Shown here one piece after another: positions 1-9,261 of a stretch of 64,000 nucleotides of DNA; position 1 is the first letter of the stretch; the number at the start of each line of letters is the position of its first letter. This stretch comes from Bacilli bacterium (GTDB lineage: Bacteria; Bacillota_I; Bacilli_A; RFN20; UBA1709). A program made the translations under genes and the position numbers. Under the pieces are notes generated by a model. The model was not told the DNA's origin. It saw only the letters and a program-made list of their open reading frames with translations, and ran no database searches. The stretch covers positions 416,001 to 480,000 of the forward strand of contig JBMNFL010000001.1 of NCBI GenBank assembly GCA_050949315.1, written 5' to 3'.

Positions 1-656
1 TTTTTGGTTCTAAACTCATATTTTACAAATTTTTTATTTTTCTTTAACCAACTAATATATTCACTGAATAGTTTAGGGGAAGGAGTTCCATGACAAATTA
101 AATCAATAGTTATCAATCCTTCATCACTAATATGTTTTGCTTTTATGAAAGATTTTAATCCAGCTACATGACAAGAAGTTCCAAAAAAAGCAACTTTTTT
201 CCCTAGTTTTAAGTCATCAAAAATTTCAAGAAATGTATTTTTTATATTTGTTTGAACATATTTTGATCCATATAAGGATTCAAGTTGACTTTGTGAATCA
301 AATCTTTTTGTAATAACCTCATAGTTTGAATCATACTCAACACCATAGACTATTCCGCCATTTTGGATGACATATTTAGCAATCGCAACGGATACACCAC
401 CAGATGATGATTTTCTTAATTCAATTGCATTCTCGTTTTTTACTGCAAACGCGATGGTCTTTGTACTACGTTCATCTTTTTTATTAAGACAAACATTTAA
501 GCATTGACCACAACTAACACATTTTCTCTCATCAACCACAGGGTATAAAAAGCCTTGTTCATCCGCTTTAAACTCTATTGCTTTAGCAGGGCAAATTGCT
601 TTGCACGCAGTACACCCATAACAACGTTCCTTACTAATCGTTAAGACATTATTCAT
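1..656 (-). CDS. 4Fe-4S / coenzyme F420 hydrogenase beta-subunit-like protein (runs off window edge)
   Basis: Not in ORF track. Manual translation from ATG 656: MNNVLTISKERCYGCTACKAICP...KCVSCGQCLNVC (two ferredoxin-type Cys clusters); later SSSGG, GSKYVQ, GTSC, DLICHGTPS motifs. Start overlaps stop of the upstream gene. Confidence 0.85.
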   Translation of the reverse strand, partial: MNNVLTISKERCYGCTACKAICPAKAIEFKADEQGFLYPVVDERKCVSCGQCLNVCLNKKDERSTKTIAFAVKNENAIELRKSSSGGVSVAIAKYVIQNGGIVYGVEYDSNYEVITKRFDSQSQLESLYGSKYVQTNIKNTFLEIFDDLKLGKKVAFFGTSCHVAGLKSFIKAKHISDEGLITIDLICHGTPSPKLFSEYISWLKKNKKFVKYEFRTK

Positions 657-1713
657 CGTTTAAGATACCTTCTAAATATAAATAGGATTCATTTCTTAGA
701 TTTTGTAGATTTGCATCTATTTTTTCCCAATCTAGTTTCGTTATTTGAGAATCCGTTATTTCCCTTCCGAGAATATTTAAATTTGACATAATAGTATTAA
801 TTCTTCCAGGATGATTTCTATTGTAATAATAGAATTCTTTATGAAAATTTATAGAAAACAGCACTCCGTGGTAAGATCCAGTTATAACATATTCAGCATT
901 ATGTATGAGCCAAATAAACTGACCAACAGTTACGTTTTTGACATTAATACAATATTTATTTTTTCTAACAGAATCATTTAAAAAAACGATAGGCATTTTT
1001 TTCTCATCGGCTAATTTCTTGGCAAAATTAAGTGTGATGTGCTTATCATCATCAAAGTACAGAAAAATATATTTTTTTTCAATGTCCATTGCTTCTTCAT
1101 ATTTTAACCATTCATCAGCAGAAAAAAGTAAAGTTGGGTCAAGAGTTACTATCGGTCTTTCCTTTAAATAGTTGTAAAGTAGATCTGCCCCTGAATTCTC
1201 TCTTGTACTTATTCTCTTATACTGTCTTAAATAAAAAATGGATTTTTCAGCAAAGATGGATGGAATTGTCTCATAACCAAAACTCGATGAATACGCAAAT
1301 TTTTTCCCATTATCCTCGACAAAAGCTAAATAATAATTGTAGTCACCACCGGTTACGTTAAGTTCCCAAATTATATCGCTACCAGAAATAAATAAATCAT
1401 ATATTTCGTTGCTTTTTTTTATATTTTTTGAGTTGTATTTTCGTTGGGACATTAAACAATTGGTTTTTAAAAAATGTTTTATCAGTTCGCGCTTTTTCAT
1501 TTTAAAAATGTAACTGATAAGTGTAATTGGTAACTTAATGATTCCATTACTAAATAATCGCAAACCAAATTCTCTTTTTTTTATTTCTTTGCAAAAATAT
1601 TGAATTGTTTCGCATTTATACCCTAAATTGTTTATGTATTTTGTCAATGCAAAACATTGTAAACATGCACCATAATTCGTAGTATCTTGAAATGTTAAAA
1701 TTCCTATTTGCAA
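649..1713 (-). CDS. Polysaccharide pyruvyl transferase family protein
   Basis: NYGACLQ, GSDIIW, STRE, DPTLL, TGSYHG motifs; EPS operon context. Confidence 0.88.
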   Translation of the reverse strand: MQIGILTFQDTTNYGACLQCFALTKYINNLGYKCETIQYFCKEIKKREFGLRLFSNGIIKLPITLISYIFKMKKRELIKHFLKTNCLMSQRKYNSKNIKKSNEIYDLFISGSDIIWELNVTGGDYNYYLAFVEDNGKKFAYSSSFGYETIPSIFAEKSIFYLRQYKRISTRENSGADLLYNYLKERPIVTLDPTLLFSADEWLKYEEAMDIEKKYIFLYFDDDKHITLNFAKKLADEKKMPIVFLNDSVRKNKYCINVKNVTVGQFIWLIHNAEYVITGSYHGVLFSINFHKEFYYYNRNHPGRINTIMSNLNILGREITDSQITKLDWEKIDANLQNLRNESYLYLEGILNDE

Positions 1714-1718
1714 TTCAA

Positions 1719-2480
1719 CTACCTCCTTAATATTTGTGATACTTTATTTTTTGCTGATCCAAACAATAAATGTAATTTTTCAAGTATTTTTTGAATCACA
1801 AATAATCTTGGTTTTACATTCAAGATATCTTTAAATGGCACTATTCTATTATGATATTTTTCGCAAAATGCTTCCAATTTAAAATACTCAGCTTCCTTTT
1901 CGGGTTTTCTCCACTCACTGGGATGACACACAATAGAATTAATCCCATTTTTCACTTTGCGTGGAACTCCGCCGTTCTTGCATGGAATGCAAATTATACC
2001 TTGCTGACGATATGGGAAAGGTGATCCTCCATCACAATTATAAACAAAACCATTTTCTTTTAATGCTCTCAGAGTCGTTTTGTCATATGAATGCGCGGGG
2101 GCAAAAAAAACATTTGTGAATATATTGTTTTCTTGGAGTATCCTTTTCCCTTGTAATATTTTATTATTTTGATTGTCAAATGAATTCCCAGCAAATTCTG
2201 AATGTTTGTAACCACACATAATTGTTTTTGCCTTTTTTTGATCGTATACATGTTTATAACCATGGAGAGCGATGGTCCAACCAAAATCCTCCAATTGTTT
2301 TAAAAACTTCCAAAAATCATCTTTTGGATTATTTATTTTCTGATCATCATCTTCATTATCAGGAATCACACCAATAAGCGGCTTTAATTTATATTTATCC
2401 ATTAACTCTTTAGCCCTCTCAAACTGTTTCCAATCCATCGTAGGACAAATATCATCAAAACGTATGTAACAAATTTTCAT
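1719..2480 (-). CDS. Polysaccharide deacetylase (DUF2334/NodB-like)
   Basis: IRFDD, LHGYKH, FFAPAH motifs. Confidence 0.8.
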   Translation of the reverse strand: MKICYIRFDDICPTMDWKQFERAKELMDKYKLKPLIGVIPDNEDDDQKINNPKDDFWKFLKQLEDFGWTIALHGYKHVYDQKKAKTIMCGYKHSEFAGNSFDNQNNKILQGKRILQENNIFTNVFFAPAHSYDKTTLRALKENGFVYNCDGGSPFPYRQQGIICIPCKNGGVPRKVKNGINSIVCHPSEWRKPEKEAEYFKLEAFCEKYHNRIVPFKDILNVKPRLFVIQKILEKLHLLFGSAKNKVSQILRR

Positions 2481-3598
2481 TAATACTCACCTTTTATAAT
2501 ACGCTCATACATGTTAATAAGCTTTTTTGTAACATTCTTTAAATCGAAACAAGATAAATCTTTATTGTTTGGACCTGTACTATTCGATAGTGCGAGTTCC
2601 GCCCATTTATCATCGCCATTAAAAAGAGACAACGAAAAGCAATTACTATTACATAAAACTTCACTTGGAACATTATCTGAAACAATAGACCTAATTCCAA
2701 GAGCTTGCGCTTCAAGTGATACAAGAGAAAAACTTTCAGATAAAGATGGTAAAATTAAACAATTGGCACATCCTAAGATAGATGTTGCATCTTGCCTAAT
2801 GCCCAAAAATAATATATTATTAGCAATTCCACGCTTTTTTGCTTCGTTTTTTATGATTTCCATTCTATTGTTGGCATCGCCACCAATAAGCAAAAGATAA
2901 GAGTTGCTATTGCGTTTATGAATCTCTGCAAATATAGACAATAATCTCTCATGATTTTTCACTTTATCAAATCTGCCTATATGCATAATAACAAAAGCAT
3001 CCTTGGCTATATAATAATTAACAAACAACCATTCACGATTATACCGGCTTTTTTTAATTCTTTCAATATCTATACCATTAGGGATAACACACACATTTTT
3101 CGTGGAGAAAATGCTGATTATTTTATCTTTCATATAATTTGTTAATGCAAAAAAATTAAGTCCTTTTTTCGACATTTTGTTCAAAGCAATACTATTCTTT
3201 TTGGGATTTGTTTTTAAAAATCTTTCTGGATCAGAATGAAATGTGAAAACCATCCTATGAACAGGGAACTTTATTCCATATATTTTGTAAATTAAAGTGT
3301 GGATATGAATTATATCCGGTTTTTCAAATTCAACGATCCTATTAAACTTTAACTTAATATTCTTAATTCTATTTAGCAGTCTTTGAAAAATGAAATGGCC
3401 GTTGTTTGTGCTTGTTTTATATAATTCGTATATCCTAATGTCGTTTTTAGTTACCTCGTTTTCTAAATAAGAATTAACTTTATTATTCACAACAAGAGCA
3501 ACATCAATTTCACTATTCTTTAAATGAACCAAATAATCGGCAACTATTTTTTCCGCACCGCCTATTTGCAAGTTATGGATATAAAAAAGAATTTTCAT
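2480..3598 (-). CDS. Glycosyltransferase family 4
   Basis: GGAE N-terminus, IPNGID, GRFDKVKNH, ESFSLVSLEAQ (EX7E). Confidence 0.9.
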   Translation of the reverse strand: MKILFYIHNLQIGGAEKIVADYLVHLKNSEIDVALVVNNKVNSYLENEVTKNDIRIYELYKTSTNNGHFIFQRLLNRIKNIKLKFNRIVEFEKPDIIHIHTLIYKIYGIKFPVHRMVFTFHSDPERFLKTNPKKNSIALNKMSKKGLNFFALTNYMKDKIISIFSTKNVCVIPNGIDIERIKKSRYNREWLFVNYYIAKDAFVIMHIGRFDKVKNHERLLSIFAEIHKRNSNSYLLLIGGDANNRMEIIKNEAKKRGIANNILFLGIRQDATSILGCANCLILPSLSESFSLVSLEAQALGIRSIVSDNVPSEVLCNSNCFSLSLFNGDDKWAELALSNSTGPNNKDLSCFDLKNVTKKLINMYERIIKGEY

Positions 3599-4833
3599 GC
3601 AATCTCTCCAACTTCATTATTACCAACACTTTTCTTTTCTGCCATCTGAATGTAAATATGCCCAAATAAAAAGATTACAAAATAAGTGGCAATAAAAATA
3701 CCAGGCCTTTGATATACACTAAGAAAGAAAACTACAGTAAAACAGAAATTGAACCAATTATTTTTATATTTAGCTAAGGCATACAATAACAAGCTACCAT
3801 ACATTAGAATACATCCAACAAAGCCATAGTCAATAATCATTGTTTTATATGTTGAAACTCCAGAAGTTAATTGTGATGAATAACCTCCTCCATATCCAAA
3901 CAAAACTTTATCGCTTTGAAATAAAGAAGAAAAAGCACTGTCTAGAAGAACATTGGATCTGTCGTTACCAAAAAATCCTCCACCGGAAAGCGTTATTCGT
4001 TGAACTAAATAGTCTAAAGCATAATTGTTAAAATTGATTTTTGGAAGAATGAAAAAATAGAATATCATGAATAAAATAACTAACAATAAAACGCTTTTTT
4101 TCTTAATGGAAATTAAAGAAATATAGATGGCAAGAATTAATAAAAACGCAAGAGAGAAGCTTAAGCATCCTCCAATAAAAATAATCCAATTTGTTATTCT
4201 TTTAAAATTCGCTTTGTCTAAACAAATTAACAAAGCACAAACTGTACCTAAAAAACCAGGTTCATTAAAAAGCCCGCACAATCTTACTTGAACAGATTTA
4301 ATATAAATAAAAGAAACCCCATAATTAGCATAGTATTGTTCTCCAAAAAGAGAAGAATAATAAGGCACTATTTTGTAAGGAAGCCCAAGTTTGAAAAAGT
4401 AAGCAATATAACAAACTATACCCAAGAAACAAATTATCACCATATATTTTCTAAATAGTTTAATAACTCCAAGCCCTAAATCTCTCGGCACAAGAAAAAT
4501 ACATATCAAAATGATGATATTAAGCAAACTTAATTGAAGTTGCTCTCTTCCATAAACGTTAAATGTTGTAATAAACCAATAAACAATAGGTATTAAAACA
4601 CCTACATCAATTTTTTTATGATTTGTTATTAAACCAATAATCAAAATAACAGTTAGCAGATAACTAAGAATTCTAGTGACACTTCTAAATGCATCAGAGC
4701 CTAATGTACTATCAGCTTGATATGGAGCAAGACTAACAATAATTGCTAATAACGTGCAGGCAATTACTATCATCTTTTGATTTAAAGTATTAGTTTTCAA
4801 TTCTTTCGGTAATAACATGTTATTATTCTCCAA
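3595..4833 (-). CDS. wzy: Wzy-like polysaccharide polymerase
   Basis: About 10 hydrophobic segments, RLCGLFNEPG and LFGYG loop motifs, position among glycosyltransferases. Confidence 0.7.
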   Translation of the reverse strand: MENNNMLLPKELKTNTLNQKMIVIACTLLAIIVSLAPYQADSTLGSDAFRSVTRILSYLLTVILIIGLITNHKKIDVGVLIPIVYWFITTFNVYGREQLQLSLLNIIILICIFLVPRDLGLGVIKLFRKYMVIICFLGIVCYIAYFFKLGLPYKIVPYYSSLFGEQYYANYGVSFIYIKSVQVRLCGLFNEPGFLGTVCALLICLDKANFKRITNWIIFIGGCLSFSLAFLLILAIYISLISIKKKSVLLLVILFMIFYFFILPKINFNNYALDYLVQRITLSGGGFFGNDRSNVLLDSAFSSLFQSDKVLFGYGGGYSSQLTSGVSTYKTMIIDYGFVGCILMYGSLLLYALAKYKNNWFNFCFTVVFFLSVYQRPGIFIATYFVIFLFGHIYIQMAEKKSVGNNEVGEIA

Positions 4834-5908
4834 AAACGGCTTTCACAAAACTAGTACATACATCATCAATACCATATCCGTTTATTTTCAAACAATTATT
4901 AAATGCAAAACGATCTTCGTTTTTTACAATTAGTTTTGCCCATTTTTGAGGCAAATCATTTTTTAATGAAGCAAATGAAACTAAACTGCTCATTCTTACT
5001 TCATTTGTTATGGTATCAGAAAGTAAACATGGAAGATTTGAGGCTTGTGCTTCAATTATTACATTTGGCATCCCTTCGTACAATGATGGTAAAACCATAA
5101 AATCCATTGCTGACAACAGTTTAAATACATCATCTCTCAGACCGGCAAAGAGCACACAATCTTCTAAGCCACGATCTAATACAGTTTTTTTAATCTGTTC
5201 TTGCAATGAGCCTACTCCAACTAACATCAAAAGAGAATTAGCATTTAACTTATGGTATTCGTCAAATACATCAATTAAAAAAGCGTGGTTTTTTTGCTTT
5301 TCAAATCTTCCAATATGCCCAATAAGCATTGTATTATCTCTGATCTGCATTTGGTTTCTAACAATTTTTCGATACGATTCATTATAACTAAATGTGTTTA
5401 AATCCAACCCATTATTTAGAATAATCACACCATCTGTAGAATTGAATGTATATTTGGCAGCTTTTTTTGATGGTGCTATTTTTATGTCTATGTACTTCAT
5501 CCACATTTTTTTACCAATAATATGAAATATACGTTGTTTAACACTATTTCCATCACTGGAGTTGCTTGATCTAGCGGCGCATACTTTAGCTCCTGCTTTT
5601 TTTGCAACTTTTAAATCATAAAAACCGCCAGCATTAGATGTAATTCTAAGAACGTATTCATAGTTATGTTCTCTTACAATCTTATATAATTGCTTTCTAA
5701 AAGAAAAAAAGTTTTCTGTTTTCGAGGGAATCCTATATATTGTCGAACCATAAGATGTGATTTCATCATCATAATCACATTTGTCAAAAACATTAATACA
5801 AAAATCAATCATATACTTAGTTCTATCAATGTTTCTGAGTATTTTCATCATGAATGTTTCTGCACCACCAACATTCGTACTGTTCATAATACAAAGGAGT
5901 TTCTTCAT
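4823..5908 (-). CDS. Glycosyltransferase family 4 (EpsF/CapH-like)
   Basis: GGAETF, GHIGRFEKQKNH, EGMPNVIIEAQ. Confidence 0.9.
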   Translation of the reverse strand: MKKLLCIMNSTNVGGAETFMMKILRNIDRTKYMIDFCINVFDKCDYDDEITSYGSTIYRIPSKTENFFSFRKQLYKIVREHNYEYVLRITSNAGGFYDLKVAKKAGAKVCAARSSNSSDGNSVKQRIFHIIGKKMWMKYIDIKIAPSKKAAKYTFNSTDGVIILNNGLDLNTFSYNESYRKIVRNQMQIRDNTMLIGHIGRFEKQKNHAFLIDVFDEYHKLNANSLLMLVGVGSLQEQIKKTVLDRGLEDCVLFAGLRDDVFKLLSAMDFMVLPSLYEGMPNVIIEAQASNLPCLLSDTITNEVRMSSLVSFASLKNDLPQKWAKLIVKNEDRFAFNNCLKINGYGIDDVCTSFVKAVFGE

Positions 5909-5945
5909 TAAAACACGCTCTTTCTTATCAATTTGTTACTTTAAG

Positions 5946-6995
5946 TTATCCAATATGCTTGGTTAACACTTTTACACACTTTTCAACAGAATACTCCTTG
6001 GAAGATGACAAACAATTATATCGCATCGACTCATATTCTTCTCTATCTATATTTAACGCCCGAAAAAGAGTCTTTTTAAAATCATCAATGTCATCAATTT
6101 CAAAAAGAAAACCATTAAAACCATCTTCCATAATATCTGAGCAAGAATTCCATCTAGAAGCAATAACAGGTACCCCAGCATAAAATGAATCAATTATAGA
6201 ACCTGGTATGCCTTCTGTTTTAAATCTTGTTGGAAAAAGTTGGTAAGCGTATTTCGAAATAATTTCAACAGATTCAAATGCGTTAACGACCCCGCAATAC
6301 TTTATATATTGGTCGTTAGAAATCATATCGTTAATTCTATTTAAATAGTCTGAATCAACAGGGCCATATATATCAAACTTTATTTTTTTATCCATCAATT
6401 TGTTGTTTTCTTTCACTACCAAAATAGCATCTTCTATGCCTTTCATTTTAACCACTCTTGAAAAAAAACAAATACTTATTGGATTGTTTATGAATTCGTC
6501 ACAATTAATGTTGTTGTTTGTTCTTAATTCTTTGAAATTTTTCAATATTTCGGTGTTTAAAACACCTATCTCTTTTAGTTCTTTTTTTAGTACATTAGTT
6601 TCAACAAAAACAACATCCAATCTTTTACATATCTTTTTAAGTCTTTTTTTACGTTTAAGTTTTTCTGCAAGCCAAGCGCCGACGACACAGTAGAATAGTT
6701 TGTTTTTAGAAAACTTTGAAAGATAATAAAATAAAGGCAGTATTACTTTTACTCCATTTTGGTCTGGAAGCATCACGATGTTTTCACAAGTAAAACTCAT
6801 TTTAAAAATTTGTAGTAATAATTTAATTGGTCTTTTTTTCCAAATATGAGTGCTTGAGCTATATATTTTTTCCTTGCCATATATACTAATTAACTCGTTC
6901 AACAGAGAGATGGTTTTAAGAGTTTGGCCATTCTCCCCTGCAACATTTCTATCTAAATGTCCACAAAAACCGATTTTGTATTTCTTCATAATCAT
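5946..6995 (-). CDS. Glycosyltransferase family 4
   Basis: FFSRVVKMKG, EGIPGSIID, GVPVIAS. Confidence 0.85.
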   Translation of the reverse strand: MIMKKYKIGFCGHLDRNVAGENGQTLKTISLLNELISIYGKEKIYSSSTHIWKKRPIKLLLQIFKMSFTCENIVMLPDQNGVKVILPLFYYLSKFSKNKLFYCVVGAWLAEKLKRKKRLKKICKRLDVVFVETNVLKKELKEIGVLNTEILKNFKELRTNNNINCDEFINNPISICFFSRVVKMKGIEDAILVVKENNKLMDKKIKFDIYGPVDSDYLNRINDMISNDQYIKYCGVVNAFESVEIISKYAYQLFPTRFKTEGIPGSIIDSFYAGVPVIASRWNSCSDIMEDGFNGFLFEIDDIDDFKKTLFRALNIDREEYESMRYNCLSSSKEYSVEKCVKVLTKHIG

Positions 6996-7004
6996 ACCTT
7001 GATC

Positions 7005-8162
7005 TTATTGCTGTAAGATCTCATATCCCTCAAGCATTTTGTTCCAATCATAAAAACTTTTTACCAATTCAAATCCTTTATTAGACATATTGTTTCTTAA
7101 AACTTTGTTCTCTAAAAGTTCCAAACAACAATCAATATATTCATTTACATCATCAACAATAAAACAATTTGAACCATTTACTAAACCAGGTATCCCAAAA
7201 GAAATCAATTTCGAAATAACTACTGGAATATGATACGACATCGCTTCTAAAACTTTATTTTGTAGGCCTGCGGCAATTCTTATTGGTATAACCGATAAAC
7301 AAGCATCACAGACAACTTGATAAATATCTTCAACATAGCCTGTCACAAAAATGTTTTTCCCATTGTCCAAACTTCTTATTCTTTGATTCGGCTCAGAGCC
7401 AATGATATAAAATCTTAAATCAGGCTTTTTTTCCAATAAATGAGGAAATATTTCTTCAACAAAATACAAAACCGCATCTTGGTTCTGCAAAGCCCGCATA
7501 TTCCCAACAAAAACTATTTTATTATTGTCATACGGGTGTGCTTCTTCATGTACGATATCCCTTCCATTAGGATAAACAAATAACGATGGGTGATTATTTA
7601 AATATTCCTTATCTGCATTTGATACCAAAACTATTTTTCTATAAGTTTTCAAAAGATACCTTTCATATTTCACAATTCGTTTTTTTTCAATTAAATATGC
7701 TAATTTTTTCCAAGAGTTATATGATGATGAGGTAACCAATGAATATGTTTTAGATAAGGCATCAGACATTTCAATTATACTTTGATCTTGAACATTAATT
7801 TTTTCCAAATACCACACCATTCTATGTGTATGAGAAATATACAAATCAGGTTTCTCTATGTTTTTAACCCTTTTCAATAGTTTCAAAAACTTATTAGAGC
7901 AATAATATCCATATTGAAGAGGCTTTCCTGCAAAAAAAGAGCAAATAGTCCTAAAATACGAAGTTAAACGCGATCTTTTAATTTTATATATTGAATCGTA
8001 TAATCCTTCTTCATCGATACAAGACATACCATCCTCATAGAAAGATACGAGACAAACTATATGACCCTTCTTTTTCAAATATCTAGTAATATGATTTATT
8101 CTCAATACATCTCCTGCCGCCTCAGGAAAAGGATATCTAGGAGCTAAAATACAAATTTTCAC
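7005..8162 (-). CDS. Glycosyltransferase family 4
   Basis: PRYPFP, FVGNM, AGLQNKVLEAM; GTG start with GAGGTG RBS. Confidence 0.85.
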   Translation of the reverse strand: MKICILAPRYPFPEAAGDVLRINHITRYLKKKGHIVCLVSFYEDGMSCIDEEGLYDSIYKIKRSRLTSYFRTICSFFAGKPLQYGYYCSNKFLKLLKRVKNIEKPDLYISHTHRMVWYLEKINVQDQSIIEMSDALSKTYSLVTSSSYNSWKKLAYLIEKKRIVKYERYLLKTYRKIVLVSNADKEYLNNHPSLFVYPNGRDIVHEEAHPYDNNKIVFVGNMRALQNQDAVLYFVEEIFPHLLEKKPDLRFYIIGSEPNQRIRSLDNGKNIFVTGYVEDIYQVVCDACLSVIPIRIAAGLQNKVLEAMSYHIPVVISKLISFGIPGLVNGSNCFIVDDVNEYIDCCLELLENKVLRNNMSNKGFELVKSFYDWNKMLEGYEILQQ

Positions 8163-8197
8163 TTATTATTCCACCTCAATAAAAGTTGATTAGCAAA

Positions 8198-8844
8198 TTA
8201 TTGATTGCTAATCTTATTATCTTTTTCAGTCTGTTTATGCATTTCACCTGTCCCGCCTTCAACAACACCCTCGTGCTTGAAAACAGAAAATGCGGTTTTA
8301 AACAGCAAACCTATATCATAGAAGAAACCTCTCTTCTCTATATACTCGCCATCAAACTTTGCTTTAACAGGAATTTCTAATTCGTCACGACCAGAGATTT
8401 GTGCTAATCCTGTCAATCCCGGTTTCACTTCGTTCGCGTTGTATTTATCCCTTTCAGCAACCAAGTCATCCTGATTCCATAAAGCCGGCCTAGGACCAAC
8501 AAAACTCATCTGACCGACAAATATGTTAAAGAACTGTGGAAGTTCATCTAATGAAGTTTTTCTAATAAATTTACCCACCTTCGTGATATGCGAATCTGCA
8601 TTCCCTAATTGATGGGTGGGTGCATTTGGGTTCGTATCCGTATACATTGACCTAAACTTCAGTATCTTGAACATCTTCTTATTCTTTCCAATCCTATCTT
8701 GCTTGAAGAAAACCGGTCCCTTGCTGTCTATTTTGATGGCAATCGCCACAATCAGCATTGGGAGGGACAGGATGATTATTGCCAAGAACGAGCAAAATAT
8801 ATCAAAGCACCTTTTGAAAAACGAATATATTGGTTTTTTTTCAT
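8198..8844 (-). CDS. Initiating sugar (polyprenyl-phosphate phosphoglycosyl) transferase, frameshifted at an A8 tract after the start codon
   Basis: KFRSM, SLDELPQ, GQMSFVGPRP, KPGLTGLAQ. RBS-linked ATG at 8844 is 59 nt from the in-frame TTG at 8785; adding one A gives MKKKPIYSFFKRCFDIFCS, matching the paralogue at 17142-17762. Confidence 0.85.
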
Positions 8845-8859
8845 TTTCTAAAACTCCAC

Positions 8860-9209
8860 TTACAAAATCATGTCTAAACAGAACATTTTCTTTACATTCA
8901 GTACTCTATAACCGATAACAAGCTCCCATATAATTTTTCGCCAGCAAATTTAACGCATAAATATAAGACTGAAATACAACTGGAAAGAGTAAATGCGTAT
9001 TTTACTCTAGTAAATTCTGTTGCGATTTTTTCTAATTAATTAGCATTATCTCCAGCAGTTATCATTAAATTTTTATCAAATACTTCAATCATTCACTTGA
9101 GTTCATCACCATGCGTTGTTAGTAAAGTAAAAGAAACTTTATTTTCAAAAGGTTTCATATCGTTTTTATTTTTATAAATTTCTTTTTCTTCGTTTCTGAA
9201 CATAAACAT
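8860..9209 (-). pseudogene. Decayed 5' fragment of a DegT/DnrJ/EryC1/StrS (PglE-like) sugar aminotransferase
   Basis: Manual translation MKPFENKVSFTLLTTHGDELK*MIEVFDKNLMITAGDNAN*LEKIATEFTRVKYAFTLSSCISVLYLCVK resembles the N-terminus of these enzymes; two in-frame stops, truncated; follows the 4,6-dehydratase gene. Confidence 0.7.
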
Positions 9210-9261
9210 AAAACATATTAAACATTTCATTATTTTATTTACATTCAACCGACTAATGAAA

